Assembly (NCBI GenBank): GCA_035193785.1
Contig: CP136572.1
Coordinates: 4,692,578 to 4,756,577 of the forward strand
DNA from: Planktothrix sp. GU0601_MAG3
GTDB lineage: Bacteria > Cyanobacteriota > Cyanobacteriia > Cyanobacteriales > Microcoleaceae
Length of the DNA: 64,000 bases
Reading direction: 5' to 3'
This document shows positions 54,943 to 64,000 of this stretch, one piece after another (the first letter of the stretch is position 1; each line of letters begins with the position of its first letter). Position numbers and translations under genes: made by a program. The notes beneath the pieces are model-generated. The model was not told the DNA's origin and did no database searches. It saw only the letters and a list, made by a program, of their open reading frames with translations.

Positions 54943-55770
54943 ATGATCACTCCCAGTGAGTTAAATTACTATTATAAAGTGTTAGATCTGAAGCCTGGAG
55001 CCCCGTTAGAATCGGTGGATCAGGCCTATAAAGACTTAGCATTTATTTGGCATCCCGATCGCATTCCTGAAGAAAATCAACGATTAAAAAAAATCGCTGA
55101 GGAAAAACTCAAGGAAATCAATCAAGCTAGGGAAAAATTGCGTTCTTTATTGCGTCGATCAAGTTCAAATTCAACTCAACATTCTTCAAATGTTTCGCAT
55201 TCCGAATCCCATTCCAGAGGCTCCTCAAATGGTGCAGGAAATTCCTATACCTATCAGAAACCACCTTATACTTATCAATCCTCTACCTATCAAAGCCGGG
55301 TAAAAACCTCTGAAAATAATAATTTTCAACGTCCCCCAGCCAGTAAACCTCCGGTTACGCCCCCACCGCCAACTCCCCCCGCACCAACCCCTCCCCCCGA
55401 CAGACCGACGGAATTAAGTGGATTAAGTTTTAAAGGTGCGGATTTAAAAGAAAAGGATTTTTCTAGTCGCAATTTAAGCGGTGCGGACTTAACCGAAGCC
55501 GATTTAAGTGATGCGTTTCTGCATAAAGTTAACTTAAGTGCCGCCTGTTTATATAAGGCGAATTTATTTAGGGCAAATTTTTTACAGGCTAATTTAACCT
55601 ATGCTAATTTACAAGAAGCTAATTTAATTGGGGCTGATTTAAGTGGCGCGGATTTAAGATGTGCAGATTTAACCGGGGCTAAGGTCGGAGTTGGGGATAA
55701 AATTATGGTAAAACTAACCGGAGCTAAATTAGCCGGAGCTATTTTACCCGATGGTAGTGTTCATATTTGA
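54943..55770 (+). CDS. J-domain + pentapeptide-repeat protein
   Basis: YYKVLDL..AYKDLAFIWHPDR..EINQA J-domain; Pro-rich linker; ADLxxA repeats. Confidence 0.92.
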   Translation: MITPSELNYYYKVLDLKPGAPLESVDQAYKDLAFIWHPDRIPEENQRLKKIAEEKLKEINQAREKLRSLLRRSSSNSTQHSSNVSHSESHSRGSSNGAGNSYTYQKPPYTYQSSTYQSRVKTSENNNFQRPPASKPPVTPPPPTPPAPTPPPDRPTELSGLSFKGADLKEKDFSSRNLSGADLTEADLSDAFLHKVNLSAACLYKANLFRANFLQANLTYANLQEANLIGADLSGADLRCADLTGAKVGVGDKIMVKLTGAKLAGAILPDGSVHI

Positions 55771-55833
55771 TTTGGGGGCTACCTAGATAAATAAAAATAA
55801 TTTGAGGGGTGATTTCAGCAACTTTTTTTTCAA

Positions 55834-56739
55834 TTAATACATTAAAAGATTAACTAATTCTTGTGTAATAGGAAAACCTGTCTGACGCTCAAAGTGTATA
55901 AACATAGGACTAGGATTTGCCTCTAAAAATACATACTCACCCGTTGGGTTGACACGCCAATCAATTGCTGTCCACTCTAACATAAATGCCTTTGATATTG
56001 CCAGACATTGTTTTTCAACTGCTGCGGGCAAATCTATCCGAATTAGCTCCGCCTCTAAATCTTCCCGAAAGTCTAAAGATTGACTGCGAATTTCGGCAGA
56101 GTAGACTGATTCACCAATTACATAACTGCGAATATTTGTGCCAGGAATATACTCTTGTATTGTGACTGGAGAAAGACTCAAAGCCCTCTGAAGTCGATTA
56201 GATTCTAAATGAGCCTCCGTCACAAACTTGGTATGAGCTCCACCATAAACGGGCTTGAAAATTACTTTTTTATAGGTTTGGACAAATTCCCTAACTTGCT
56301 CTGGATTGTTACTGATTAAAGTAGCCGGAATCGTGACTCCTATTTGTTTTGCCCTACTCAGTTGTAGGGGTTTTTCTTTATGAAATTGGTAGGCTTGCCA
56401 GGAATTAATCCAACGACCAGGACAGGATTGCATCAGCGATCGCACTGTACTCATTGAATCATTAAATGCAACTTTCTGTTGATTTGAATCTTTGAAAGGT
56501 GCAACGTAAACACCGGAGAAATTCCGCCAAAATATACTATGGATGTCTTGGAAATTCAACTGGCAACCTCCGGGTAGCGTCAAGTATCCTACCTGAGTGT
56601 CAGGTTGCCAAGACAGACGTAACTGCCTTGGAAACTGGTAGGTATCCAAATAATCTACCGAGGCTCCAGCTTGGGTGAGGGCATTCTTGATATGGGCTGC
56701 ATGGGCATCTGAAGCATCACCTAAAATTAAAATATTCAT
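55834..56739 (-). CDS. RimK-like ATP-grasp ligase, probable graspetide macrocyclase
   Basis: KPLQL, IPATLISN, IFKPVYGG, IQEYIPG..IR, AIDW, FLEANPSPMF; downstream of a TTxxxxEE precursor. Confidence 0.85.
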   Translation of the reverse strand: MNILILGDASDAHAAHIKNALTQAGASVDYLDTYQFPRQLRLSWQPDTQVGYLTLPGGCQLNFQDIHSIFWRNFSGVYVAPFKDSNQQKVAFNDSMSTVRSLMQSCPGRWINSWQAYQFHKEKPLQLSRAKQIGVTIPATLISNNPEQVREFVQTYKKVIFKPVYGGAHTKFVTEAHLESNRLQRALSLSPVTIQEYIPGTNIRSYVIGESVYSAEIRSQSLDFREDLEAELIRIDLPAAVEKQCLAISKAFMLEWTAIDWRVNPTGEYVFLEANPSPMFIHFERQTGFPITQELVNLLMY

Positions 56740-56911
56740 GGGAAACCTGATAACAAAAGATGTGGTGCAGTCAAATATTTATCAATAGGAAAAATCGCAA
56801 CACTTGTTAAGTACCTAAACAAAATTAATTACAAATCTTCTACCCAGATCCGGTGTTCCCAGATCCGGTGTTTCCCTTGAAAAAAGCAATTAAATCAGAA
56901 TCAAGCGGGAA

Positions 56912-56957
56912 AATTCCCCTGAGTTACCTAATCTGAATAATTCAGCGCTCAGGGAGA
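56912..56957. terminator. Stem-loop between precursor and ATP-grasp gene
   Basis: TCCCCTGAG...CTCAGGGAGA inverted repeat 30-70 nt after the precursor stop. Confidence 0.5.
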
Positions 56958-56985
56958 ATCTCTAAAAGAGTCGGCACCAATGAGA

Positions 56986-57324
56986 TTAGTAATACATGGG
57001 GTCTCCACCTTCTTCACCCAGAGCCATAGTGGTCATCTCAGGAGGGTCAATGGGAAGATATTCTCCGCCTTCTTCACCCAGAGCCATAGTGGTCATCGGA
57101 TAAGGGTCAATGGAAATAGGCTTGGCAGGATATCCTCCTCCTCCTTCACTTCCCGGACATGGAGCCGAAATACACTGTATTCCACCACCTCCTTCTCCTA
57201 CCATCATACTGGTGGCCATTAGTCCACCTCCGACTTGGGCTGCCTGCTCATCAGTTAGTGGCTCTTCAAAATCCAAATCCATTGCTTCAAGATCCGCAGG
57301 ATCTAGATCAAAAGGATGATTCAT
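56986..57324 (-). CDS. Multicore graspetide (plesiocin-like, TTxxxxEE) precursor peptide
   Basis: Acidic leader ending EPLTDEQAAQVGG; two MTTMALGEEGG cores (60-bp DNA period), one degenerate ATSMMVGEGG core, CISAPC motif; AGGAG RBS. Confidence 0.85.
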   Translation of the reverse strand: MNHPFDLDPADLEAMDLDFEEPLTDEQAAQVGGGLMATSMMVGEGGGGIQCISAPCPGSEGGGGYPAKPISIDPYPMTTMALGEEGGEYLPIDPPEMTTMALGEEGGDPMYY

Positions 57325-57460
57325 AAAATTCTCCTGTTGGGTAAAAGATTATGCGTGTTTATAAAGAATCTAAATCAGGAGAATCGAGTCATGTTGCCAT
57401 TTTGGCAGGTTTCCCATTGATCTCTCCCCCTTTGATCACTAACAGGACTTGCGCAGTAAG

Positions 57461-57558
57461 TATTTACCTATTGCCTATTGCCTATTTATTGCCTATTTAT
57501 TGCCTATTGCCTATTACCTATTTATTGCCTATTGCCTATTGCCTATTGCCTATTGCCC
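57461..57558. repeat. TATTGCC heptamer tandem repeat
   Basis: Directly visible. Confidence 0.9.
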
Positions 57559-57585
57559 ATTCCTATAAGAGTCATTTTTTCATTT

Positions 57586-58287
57586 TTAACCTAAATAGGC
57601 TTGTCTAACTCGTTCGTCGATTAATAAATCAGAGGCTTTACCAGTGAGGGTTAAATATCCGGCTTCTAAAACATAACCTCGATCCGCAATTTCTAAGGCT
57701 AAATGGGCATTTTGTTCTACTAATAAAATCGTAACACCGGATTGATTTAGTTGACGAATTACCGAAAAGATTTCTCGAACAATTTGGGGAGCTAAACCTA
57801 AACTGGGTTCGTCTAATAATAATAACTGAGGACGACTCATTACCGCCCGGGCGATCGCTAACATTTGTTGTTCTCCCCCGCTTAGGGTTCCGGCTAATTG
57901 ATGTTTTCTTTCTGCTAAACGAGGAAAAATCATAAATTGTTTTTCTATATCGGCTTTAATTCCTAAGCGATCGCTTCGGGTATAAGCCCCTAATTCTAAA
58001 TTGGTTAATATGGTTTGTTGAGATAGAATTCTGCGACCTTCTGGACTTTGGGCGATTCCCATTTTCACGACTTGATCGGGACGTAAATCAGTAATATCTT
58101 TTCCTTGATAAATAATTTTCCCTTGGCGGGGATTAATTAATCGAGAAATGGTTTTTAAGGTGGTACTTTTTCCGGCTCCATTGGCTCCAATTAAGGTGAC
58201 AATTTCTCCTTGATTAACAATAATATTAATCTCTTTTAAGGCTTGAATTGCACCATAATTAACCGATACACTAACTAATTCTAACAT
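57586..58287 (-). CDS. livF: Branched-chain amino acid ABC transporter ATPase
   Basis: GANGAGKST, PEGRRI, LSGGEQQMLA, LLDEPSLGLAP. Confidence 0.92.
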   Translation of the reverse strand: MLELVSVSVNYGAIQALKEINIIVNQGEIVTLIGANGAGKSTTLKTISRLINPRQGKIIYQGKDITDLRPDQVVKMGIAQSPEGRRILSQQTILTNLELGAYTRSDRLGIKADIEKQFMIFPRLAERKHQLAGTLSGGEQQMLAIARAVMSRPQLLLLDEPSLGLAPQIVREIFSVIRQLNQSGVTILLVEQNAHLALEIADRGYVLEAGYLTLTGKASDLLIDERVRQAYLG

Positions 58288-58290
58288 AAC

Positions 58291-59071
58291 TTATTCATCT
58301 CCTAAATAGGCTTCAATCACCGCCGGATTATTTCTCACAATTTCCGGTTCTCCTAAAGCAATTAATTTCCCAAAGTCTAACACCGCAATGCGATCGCATA
58401 ACCCCATCACTAAAGGGACATGATGTTCAATTAAAATCACGGTTAATTGAAATTGTTCTCGAATTTTTCTAATTAAATCACTGAGTTCTTTTTTCTCGCT
58501 GGGGTTCATTCCCGCCGCAGGTTCATCTAATAATAACAATTTCGGTTCTAAGGCTAAAGCTCGAGCAATTTCTAACCGCCTTTGGTCACCATAAGCAAAA
58601 TTACAGGCTTTTTGTTCCGCCCGTTCTAATAATCCAAATATTGCCAATAATTCCCTGGCTTTTTGATAGTTTTCCCGTTCTATTTTTCTTCCCTTTGGTA
58701 AGCCTAAAACCCCTGAAATAAGATGGGATTGATTATGAGTATGACGAGCAATAACAACATTTTCTAAAGCCGATAAATTGCCAAATAACCTAAGATTTTG
58801 AAAGGTTCTAGCGATGCCTTTTTCAGCGATTTGATAGGGTTTTAATTGAGTAATAGAATGATTTTGATAAATCAATGATCCTTGAGAGGGAGGAATTAAC
58901 CCCGTAATTAAATTAAATAAGGTCGTTTTCCCGGCTCCATTAGGGCCAATTAAACCAAATATTTCTTGATCTTGAAACCGCAAACGAAACCTGATCAACG
59001 GCTAATAATCCCCCAAAATATCGGGTTAAGCCTTGGACTTCTAAAAGGGGTTTTAAGGTAGATGAACTCAT
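58291..59071 (-). CDS. livG: Branched-chain amino acid ABC transporter ATPase; apparent frameshift at GAAAC 58974
   Basis: MSSSTLKPLLEVQGLTRYFGGLLAVDQVSF joins GPNGAGKTT, RTFQN, LLDEPAAG, VIEAYLG. Confidence 0.92.
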
Positions 59072-59074
59072 TTG

Positions 59075-60037
59075 TTAACCCTTAACTGATTGTTTATTCC
59101 AGAGTCTCCGCCAGGGATTTTTTCGGGTAATTTTGTTTAATAATTCGGGAGTAATTAAACCTTGAGGATAAAAAATTGACCCCAAAACCAATAATACCCC
59201 AAAAATAATTAAACGACCCTCGCGTAAAAATTGCGCTAACCACAGGGGTAAACCACTAATTTCTCCCATTCCCCGTAAAACTTCCGGTAAAGCGGTGAGA
59301 ATAATTCCTCCTAAAACTGGCCCCCAAAAGGTTCTTGACCCGCCAATTAAAACAAACGCTAAATAAATAATACTACTATCAAAAGTGCCTTGGCGAGCAT
59401 TCCAAGTATTGAGAAAATGGGCGCTAATAGTTCCCACTAATCCTGCTAAAATTGCCCCCAAAGTAAAGGATAATACCTTATAATGGGTGGGATTAACCCC
59501 CATGGAATCGGCGGCTAATTCATCTTCTCGAATTGCACTAAAAGCGCGTCCGGCTTTAATTTTTTCTAAGCGGTATAAGAACACCATACTCAGAATTAAC
59601 AGGGGAATTGCTACCCATAAATATTCTAGGGGCGTTGCAAAGGGTTGGGGAATCCCAAAGATACCAACCGCCCCCCCAGTTATCTCTAAATTCAGGGCTA
59701 AAACCCGTAAAATTTCTACTAAAGCAATGGTGGAAATGGCTAGATAAATTCCTCGTAATCTCAATACCGGAATGCCTAATCCTACGGCTAAAACAGCAGA
59801 AATTATGGCGGTTATCAATAGTTCTAAAAATAGAAAAGGTAAGGGAAAAATAGTTCCTTGAAATTTAAAAACCTGGGTAGATAAAATCGCCGCAATATAA
59901 CCCCCTAACGCATAAAATCCAGGGGTTGCTAAGGAGAGTTGACCCGCCATTAAAGGTAAATAAATAGATAGCCCTAAAACCGCTCCAAATAACATAGAAA
60001 CGATCAAAAAGCCATAGTTGTTAAAAAAATCAATCAT
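59075..60037 (-). CDS. livM: Branched-chain amino acid ABC transporter permease
   Basis: GQLSL, LRLRGIYLAI, AIREDELAA..GVN. Confidence 0.9.
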   Translation of the reverse strand: MIDFFNNYGFLIVSMLFGAVLGLSIYLPLMAGQLSLATPGFYALGGYIAAILSTQVFKFQGTIFPLPFLFLELLITAIISAVLAVGLGIPVLRLRGIYLAISTIALVEILRVLALNLEITGGAVGIFGIPQPFATPLEYLWVAIPLLILSMVFLYRLEKIKAGRAFSAIREDELAADSMGVNPTHYKVLSFTLGAILAGLVGTISAHFLNTWNARQGTFDSSIIYLAFVLIGGSRTFWGPVLGGIILTALPEVLRGMGEISGLPLWLAQFLREGRLIIFGVLLVLGSIFYPQGLITPELLNKITRKNPWRRLWNKQSVKG

Positions 60038-60045
60038 AAATTTAG

Positions 60046-60996
60046 TTATACCTTTTGAATGCGTTTACGTCCTAATAATCCCTGGGGTCGAACTAATAGC
60101 ATCATTAACAGAATAGCAAAGGCGATCGCATCTCGATAACCGGAAAAATCCGGCGGCACAAAGGCTTCTGCTAACCCTAATAATAACCCCCCAATTACCG
60201 CCCCGGGAATACTTCCTAACCCTCCTAAAACGATGACTCCCAAACCCTTTAAACCGAAAGCAATACCAAAATACGGCCCAGCAATACTCACACTAGATCC
60301 AACTAAAGTTCCGGCGAGTCCCGCTAAAAATCCACTGACAAAAAACGTTAATATAATAAACTGTTCGGGGTTAATTCCTAATAAACTGGCGGTAATTTCA
60401 TCCTCAGCCACCGCTTGTAAGGCTTTGCCAATCTTAGTTTTATTTACCAGATAGGTTAATAAAGCCACAATTACCATACAAACCGTAAAAATGATCACCT
60501 GAACGCTTCTAATCATAATCGGTTTTGTGGCTGTACCAAAATTAATGGCGGCGGGAATATTGCCATAAATATTATCAGGAAAGGTATAAATTTCTGCCCC
60601 TACTAAATATTGAATTGTATTCACAATCACCACCGCAGCACCCAAACTTGAAACCAGGGTTAATAGGGAATCAGCCCCTCTAACTCTCAAGGGTCTAAAG
60701 GCTAATCTTTCTAAGACAATTGAGGCTAACCCAGCTAGAATACTCCCGAAAATTAAAGCTATAAAAAACGGGAATTGAAAGGGTAACTTACCATTGGCTA
60801 ATAATCCATTAAACCCAAAAACGCCCCCGGATAAGATATAGGTAAAATAAGCTCCCAAGGTAAAAATAGCACCATGGGCAAAATTAATCACCCCTAAAAT
60901 CGAAAAAACCAGGGTGTAACCCAAGGCAAAAATAGCATAAACACTTCCAATCGATAAACCATTTAAAAATGATTGTAGGAAAAAATTAAAATCCAT
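60046..60996 (-). CDS. livH: Branched-chain amino acid ABC transporter permease
   Basis: GSVYAIFALGYTLVF..INFAHG, VLGGLGSIPGA, RPQGLLG. Confidence 0.92.
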   Translation of the reverse strand: MDFNFFLQSFLNGLSIGSVYAIFALGYTLVFSILGVINFAHGAIFTLGAYFTYILSGGVFGFNGLLANGKLPFQFPFFIALIFGSILAGLASIVLERLAFRPLRVRGADSLLTLVSSLGAAVVIVNTIQYLVGAEIYTFPDNIYGNIPAAINFGTATKPIMIRSVQVIIFTVCMVIVALLTYLVNKTKIGKALQAVAEDEITASLLGINPEQFIILTFFVSGFLAGLAGTLVGSSVSIAGPYFGIAFGLKGLGVIVLGGLGSIPGAVIGGLLLGLAEAFVPPDFSGYRDAIAFAILLMMLLVRPQGLLGRKRIQKV

Positions 60997-61060
60997 CTAT
61001 ATAGGGAACAGGGAACAGGGAACGGGGAATGGGGAATGGGGGAAAATAGGGAATTAGGAC

Positions 61061-64000
61061 TTAGAACCGTTCTCCCAATCCGAAGTGTATCCGACTATCT
61101 CCATCATTATTAATCCCATAATCAATCCGCACTGGCCCTAGGGGAGTTTGTAGGCGCACACCAACCCCATAACCGATACCACTTCCGGGCTTATCCCGCA
61201 CACCCCCGGGAGAACCAGGAACTGTCCCCTGGGAACCTAAATCCGTTGCTGCATCCAAAAATAGTGCCCCACCAATAAAACTGGAAAATACGGGGAAACG
61301 GTACTCCATGGAGACTTGGATAAAACTGCGGGTGGAGGCGATCGCTCCTTCTTCCCAACCCCGTACCGAAGTTGTCCCGCCCAAGGGAAAGGCTTCGTAG
61401 GGGGGTAAATTGCCGATGACCGTACCCCCTTGGAAGTTAAACGCCAAGGATTGAGAGCCTTCGGGAATGAAGCCGGAGAGGAATTTCACTGGAACATAAA
61501 AGGTATATCCAGCCCGCAAACGGTTCATTAAAATACTTCCTGAAACCAACCGGGATAGATTGTTCCGAACCAAAACGCAGTAAATAGCCAGAGGTGGGTT
61601 GTTGTTTATTGTTGCGACGATCTTGAACAAATCCAAACTGAACGGTTAATAAATCGTCTTTTCCACTCCCGCTATAACTCAATTGATTACCAAATTCATC
61701 GGTACGGTTAACTTCACCATCGGAGTCCGTGATTTCCACCCGTTGATATTGGAATCCGATGGAGGCGACCCAATTGGGATCGGCGAAAACATTATCCGCA
61801 TAGGGACGAGTAAAACTAATCCCCCCTCCAGTCCTCAATACCCGGGGGCGATCGCCATTTTCCAAATAAACCTCTTTCGGCCCATTTTCAAAGACCACGG
61901 AAATTGTCCGACGTCTAAAAGCATTCAAAGTATAAGAGGTGCGATAGGGATCACCCGCAATCCAAGGATCGGTGAAGTTTAAATCCATTTGAAACACCCG
62001 ATTTCCCGCTTCTAATTCCGCCCCTAAACGTTGGTTATTTCCCCCTAAGTTAATTTCCTGATAACTCAAGGTTCCAAATAATCCGGCGGCGGAACTCACT
62101 CCCCCCCCAAATGCGAGTGATCCGGTGGTTTTTTCGATCACATTCACAATCACCACCGCCTCCCGGGGATTATCTTTTCCGGGTTCTAATTCTAAGCGGA
62201 CATCTTCAAAAATTCCCAAACCAAATACCCTAGCTAAATCCTGTTGTGCGGTTTTTTGGTTAAATACATCCCCAGGTTTTAATTGAATTTCCCGGGTGAT
62301 AATAAAGTCTCGGGTTCTTCCCGAAATTGGTTTTCCTTCTTCATCGGTTAATTCTCCATCGGAATTAAGGAAACGCACCCCAATATTTTCAATTATCCCT
62401 TCTGCGACTTCTATGTTAACAACACCTTCTTTTGTGACTTCAGGAGCGGCGACAACCTGTGCTAAAACATAGCCATTATCCTGATACCATTGATTGATTT
62501 TTTTAATTCCTGCTTCTATTTGACTCAAATTGATGGTTTTATTTAATTGGTCGCTGAAACTTTCATTAATAATTTCTTCGGGTAAAACCGTATCTCCTTG
62601 AATTACAACTTCTTTGAATAGGGGGTTTTCTTCTACTTCAAAAGTTACTCGTACTCCTAAAGGGGTATCCTCTGGAATAGCTTTCACATTTCGGAATAAA
62701 CCCGTAGCGAAAATTGCATTAATATCTCTTTGTAATTGAGTCCGGGTTGTTGTTCGTCCGGGTTGGGTGGAAATAACGCTATATACTTTTTCAATTAATC
62801 CTTGGTCTTGGGTTTCCTGTGACTGTAATTTCTCCAACTAATACTTCGGTTTCCGATGCTGCGGGTGCGCTGGGAAGGGGGATAGTAGCAGGAGTTTCGG
62901 GTTGTATTGGAACTTCGGAATCGGGGGGTGAGGTTGCGGGTGTTGCTTGGGCGATCGTTAATGGAATAGTGGGAGAGAATGATGCTATTTTTTCGGGGTC
63001 TTTATGTAAACTCGGTTGAAATAAATCGGATTCGGGTAAGTTAGAATTAAGGGCGATCGCTTCTTCTGTCCTGACGGGAAAGCTAAAATTATTAACTTTT
63101 TCGGTTTCAGCTTTATTCAGGATTATTCCTAAATTTGAGAAATTATTAATTTCTGCAACTGCAATTTTTTCGGGAACTGAAGTTGGGAATTGGGCTATTT
63201 TTTCGGGATCTTTATGTAAACTTGGTTGAAATAAATCGGATTCGGGTAAGTTAGAATTAAGGGCGATCGCTGTTTCTGTCCTGACGGGAAAGCTAAAATT
63301 ATTGACTTTTTCGGTTTCAGCTTTATTCAGGATTATTCCTAAATTCGAGAAATTATTGATTTCTGCAATTGCAACTTTTTCGGGAACTGAAGTTGGGAAT
63401 TGGGCTATTTTTTCGGGGTCTTTATGTAAACTCGGTTGAAATAGCTCGGATTCGGGTAAGTTAGAATTAAGGGCGATCGCTTCTTCTGTTCTGATGGGAA
63501 AGCTAAAATTATTGACTTTTTCGGTTTCAGCTTTATTCAGGATTATTCCTAAATTCGAGAAATTATTGATTTCTGCAATTGCAATTTTTTCGGGAACTGA
63601 AGTTGGGAATTGGGCTATTTTTTCGGGGTCTTTATGTAAACTCGGTTGAAATAAATCGGATTCGGGTAAGTTAGAATTAAGGGCGATCGCTTCTTCTGTT
63701 CTGATGGGAAAGCTAAAATTATTGACTTTTTCGGTTTCAGCTTTATTCAGGATTATTCCTAAATTCGAGAAATTATTTATTTCTGCAATTGCAACTTTTT
63801 CGGGAACTGAAGTTGGGAATTGGGCTATTTTTTCGGGGTCTTTATGTAAACTTGGTTGAAATAAATCGGATTCGGGTAAGTTAGAATTAAGGGCGATCGC
63901 TTCTTCTGTTCTGACGGGAAAGCTAAAATTATTGACTTTTTCGGTTTCAGCTTTATTCAGGATAATGGCTGAATTATTAGCTTCAGTCTGGTTTATTTCA
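61061..64000 (-). CDS. bamA: Omp85/BamA outer-membrane assembly protein with long repetitive N-terminus; 5' end outside window; apparent frameshifts at 62812 and 61542
   Basis: POTRA domains (LQRDINAIFATGLF; INQWYQDNGY; GRTRDFII), VRGW loop, C-terminal PLGPVRIDYG..HFGLGERF; frame open from 64000 through the repeats. Confidence 0.9.
62985..63963 (-). repeat. 210-bp (70-aa) tandem repeat, ~4.6 copies, coding within bamA
   Basis: TTTATGTAAA anchors at 63001, 63211, 63421, 63631, 63841; one HIP1 site per unit. Confidence 0.95.

Noticed and set aside
477..62816. Mass pseudogenisation or programmed frameshifting to explain the many split genes
   Set aside because: All breaks are +1 at one motif, occur in both orientations relative to the genes and hit a likely essential gene (bamA); a sequencing artefact is far more parsimonious
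62985..63963. Non-coding repeat array or CRISPR-like locus
   Set aside because: The whole 210-bp unit repeats and is an open frame continuous with bamA

Overview
Filamentous cyanobacterial chromosome (Planktothrix/Oscillatoriales-like by inference): abundant HIP1 GCGATCGC octamers, STRR-type heptamer/nonamer repeats, plmA, cofG. Contents in order: a Wsp-like (ACF-class) chemosensory operon; an AT-rich block with a glutamine-amidotransferase-fold protein, LysR, bestrophin and a globin-TM-pentapeptide fusion; dppB; an orphan MTase; three TA loci (two with damaged toxins); two hybrid kinases; a Dam-type MTase/endonuclease pair next to tRNA-Cys; housekeeping genes; a GrrM/OscB radical-SAM cyclophane RiPP cluster with two precursors; an inserted ~3 kb segment encoding a eukaryotic-RdRP/YonO-like two-barrel polymerase with altered catalytic motifs; a plesiocin-like multicore graspetide locus; a liv-type ABC transporter; and a bamA with 70-aa N-terminal tandem repeats. 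All 24 frameshifts I traced sit on GAAAC/GTTTC and are repaired by restoring GAAC/GTTC. This points to a motif-specific base-calling error, plausibly the footprint of a DNA modification such as Dnd phosphorothioation, and not to real pseudogenes. All assignments come from reading motifs by eye; no database search was run.
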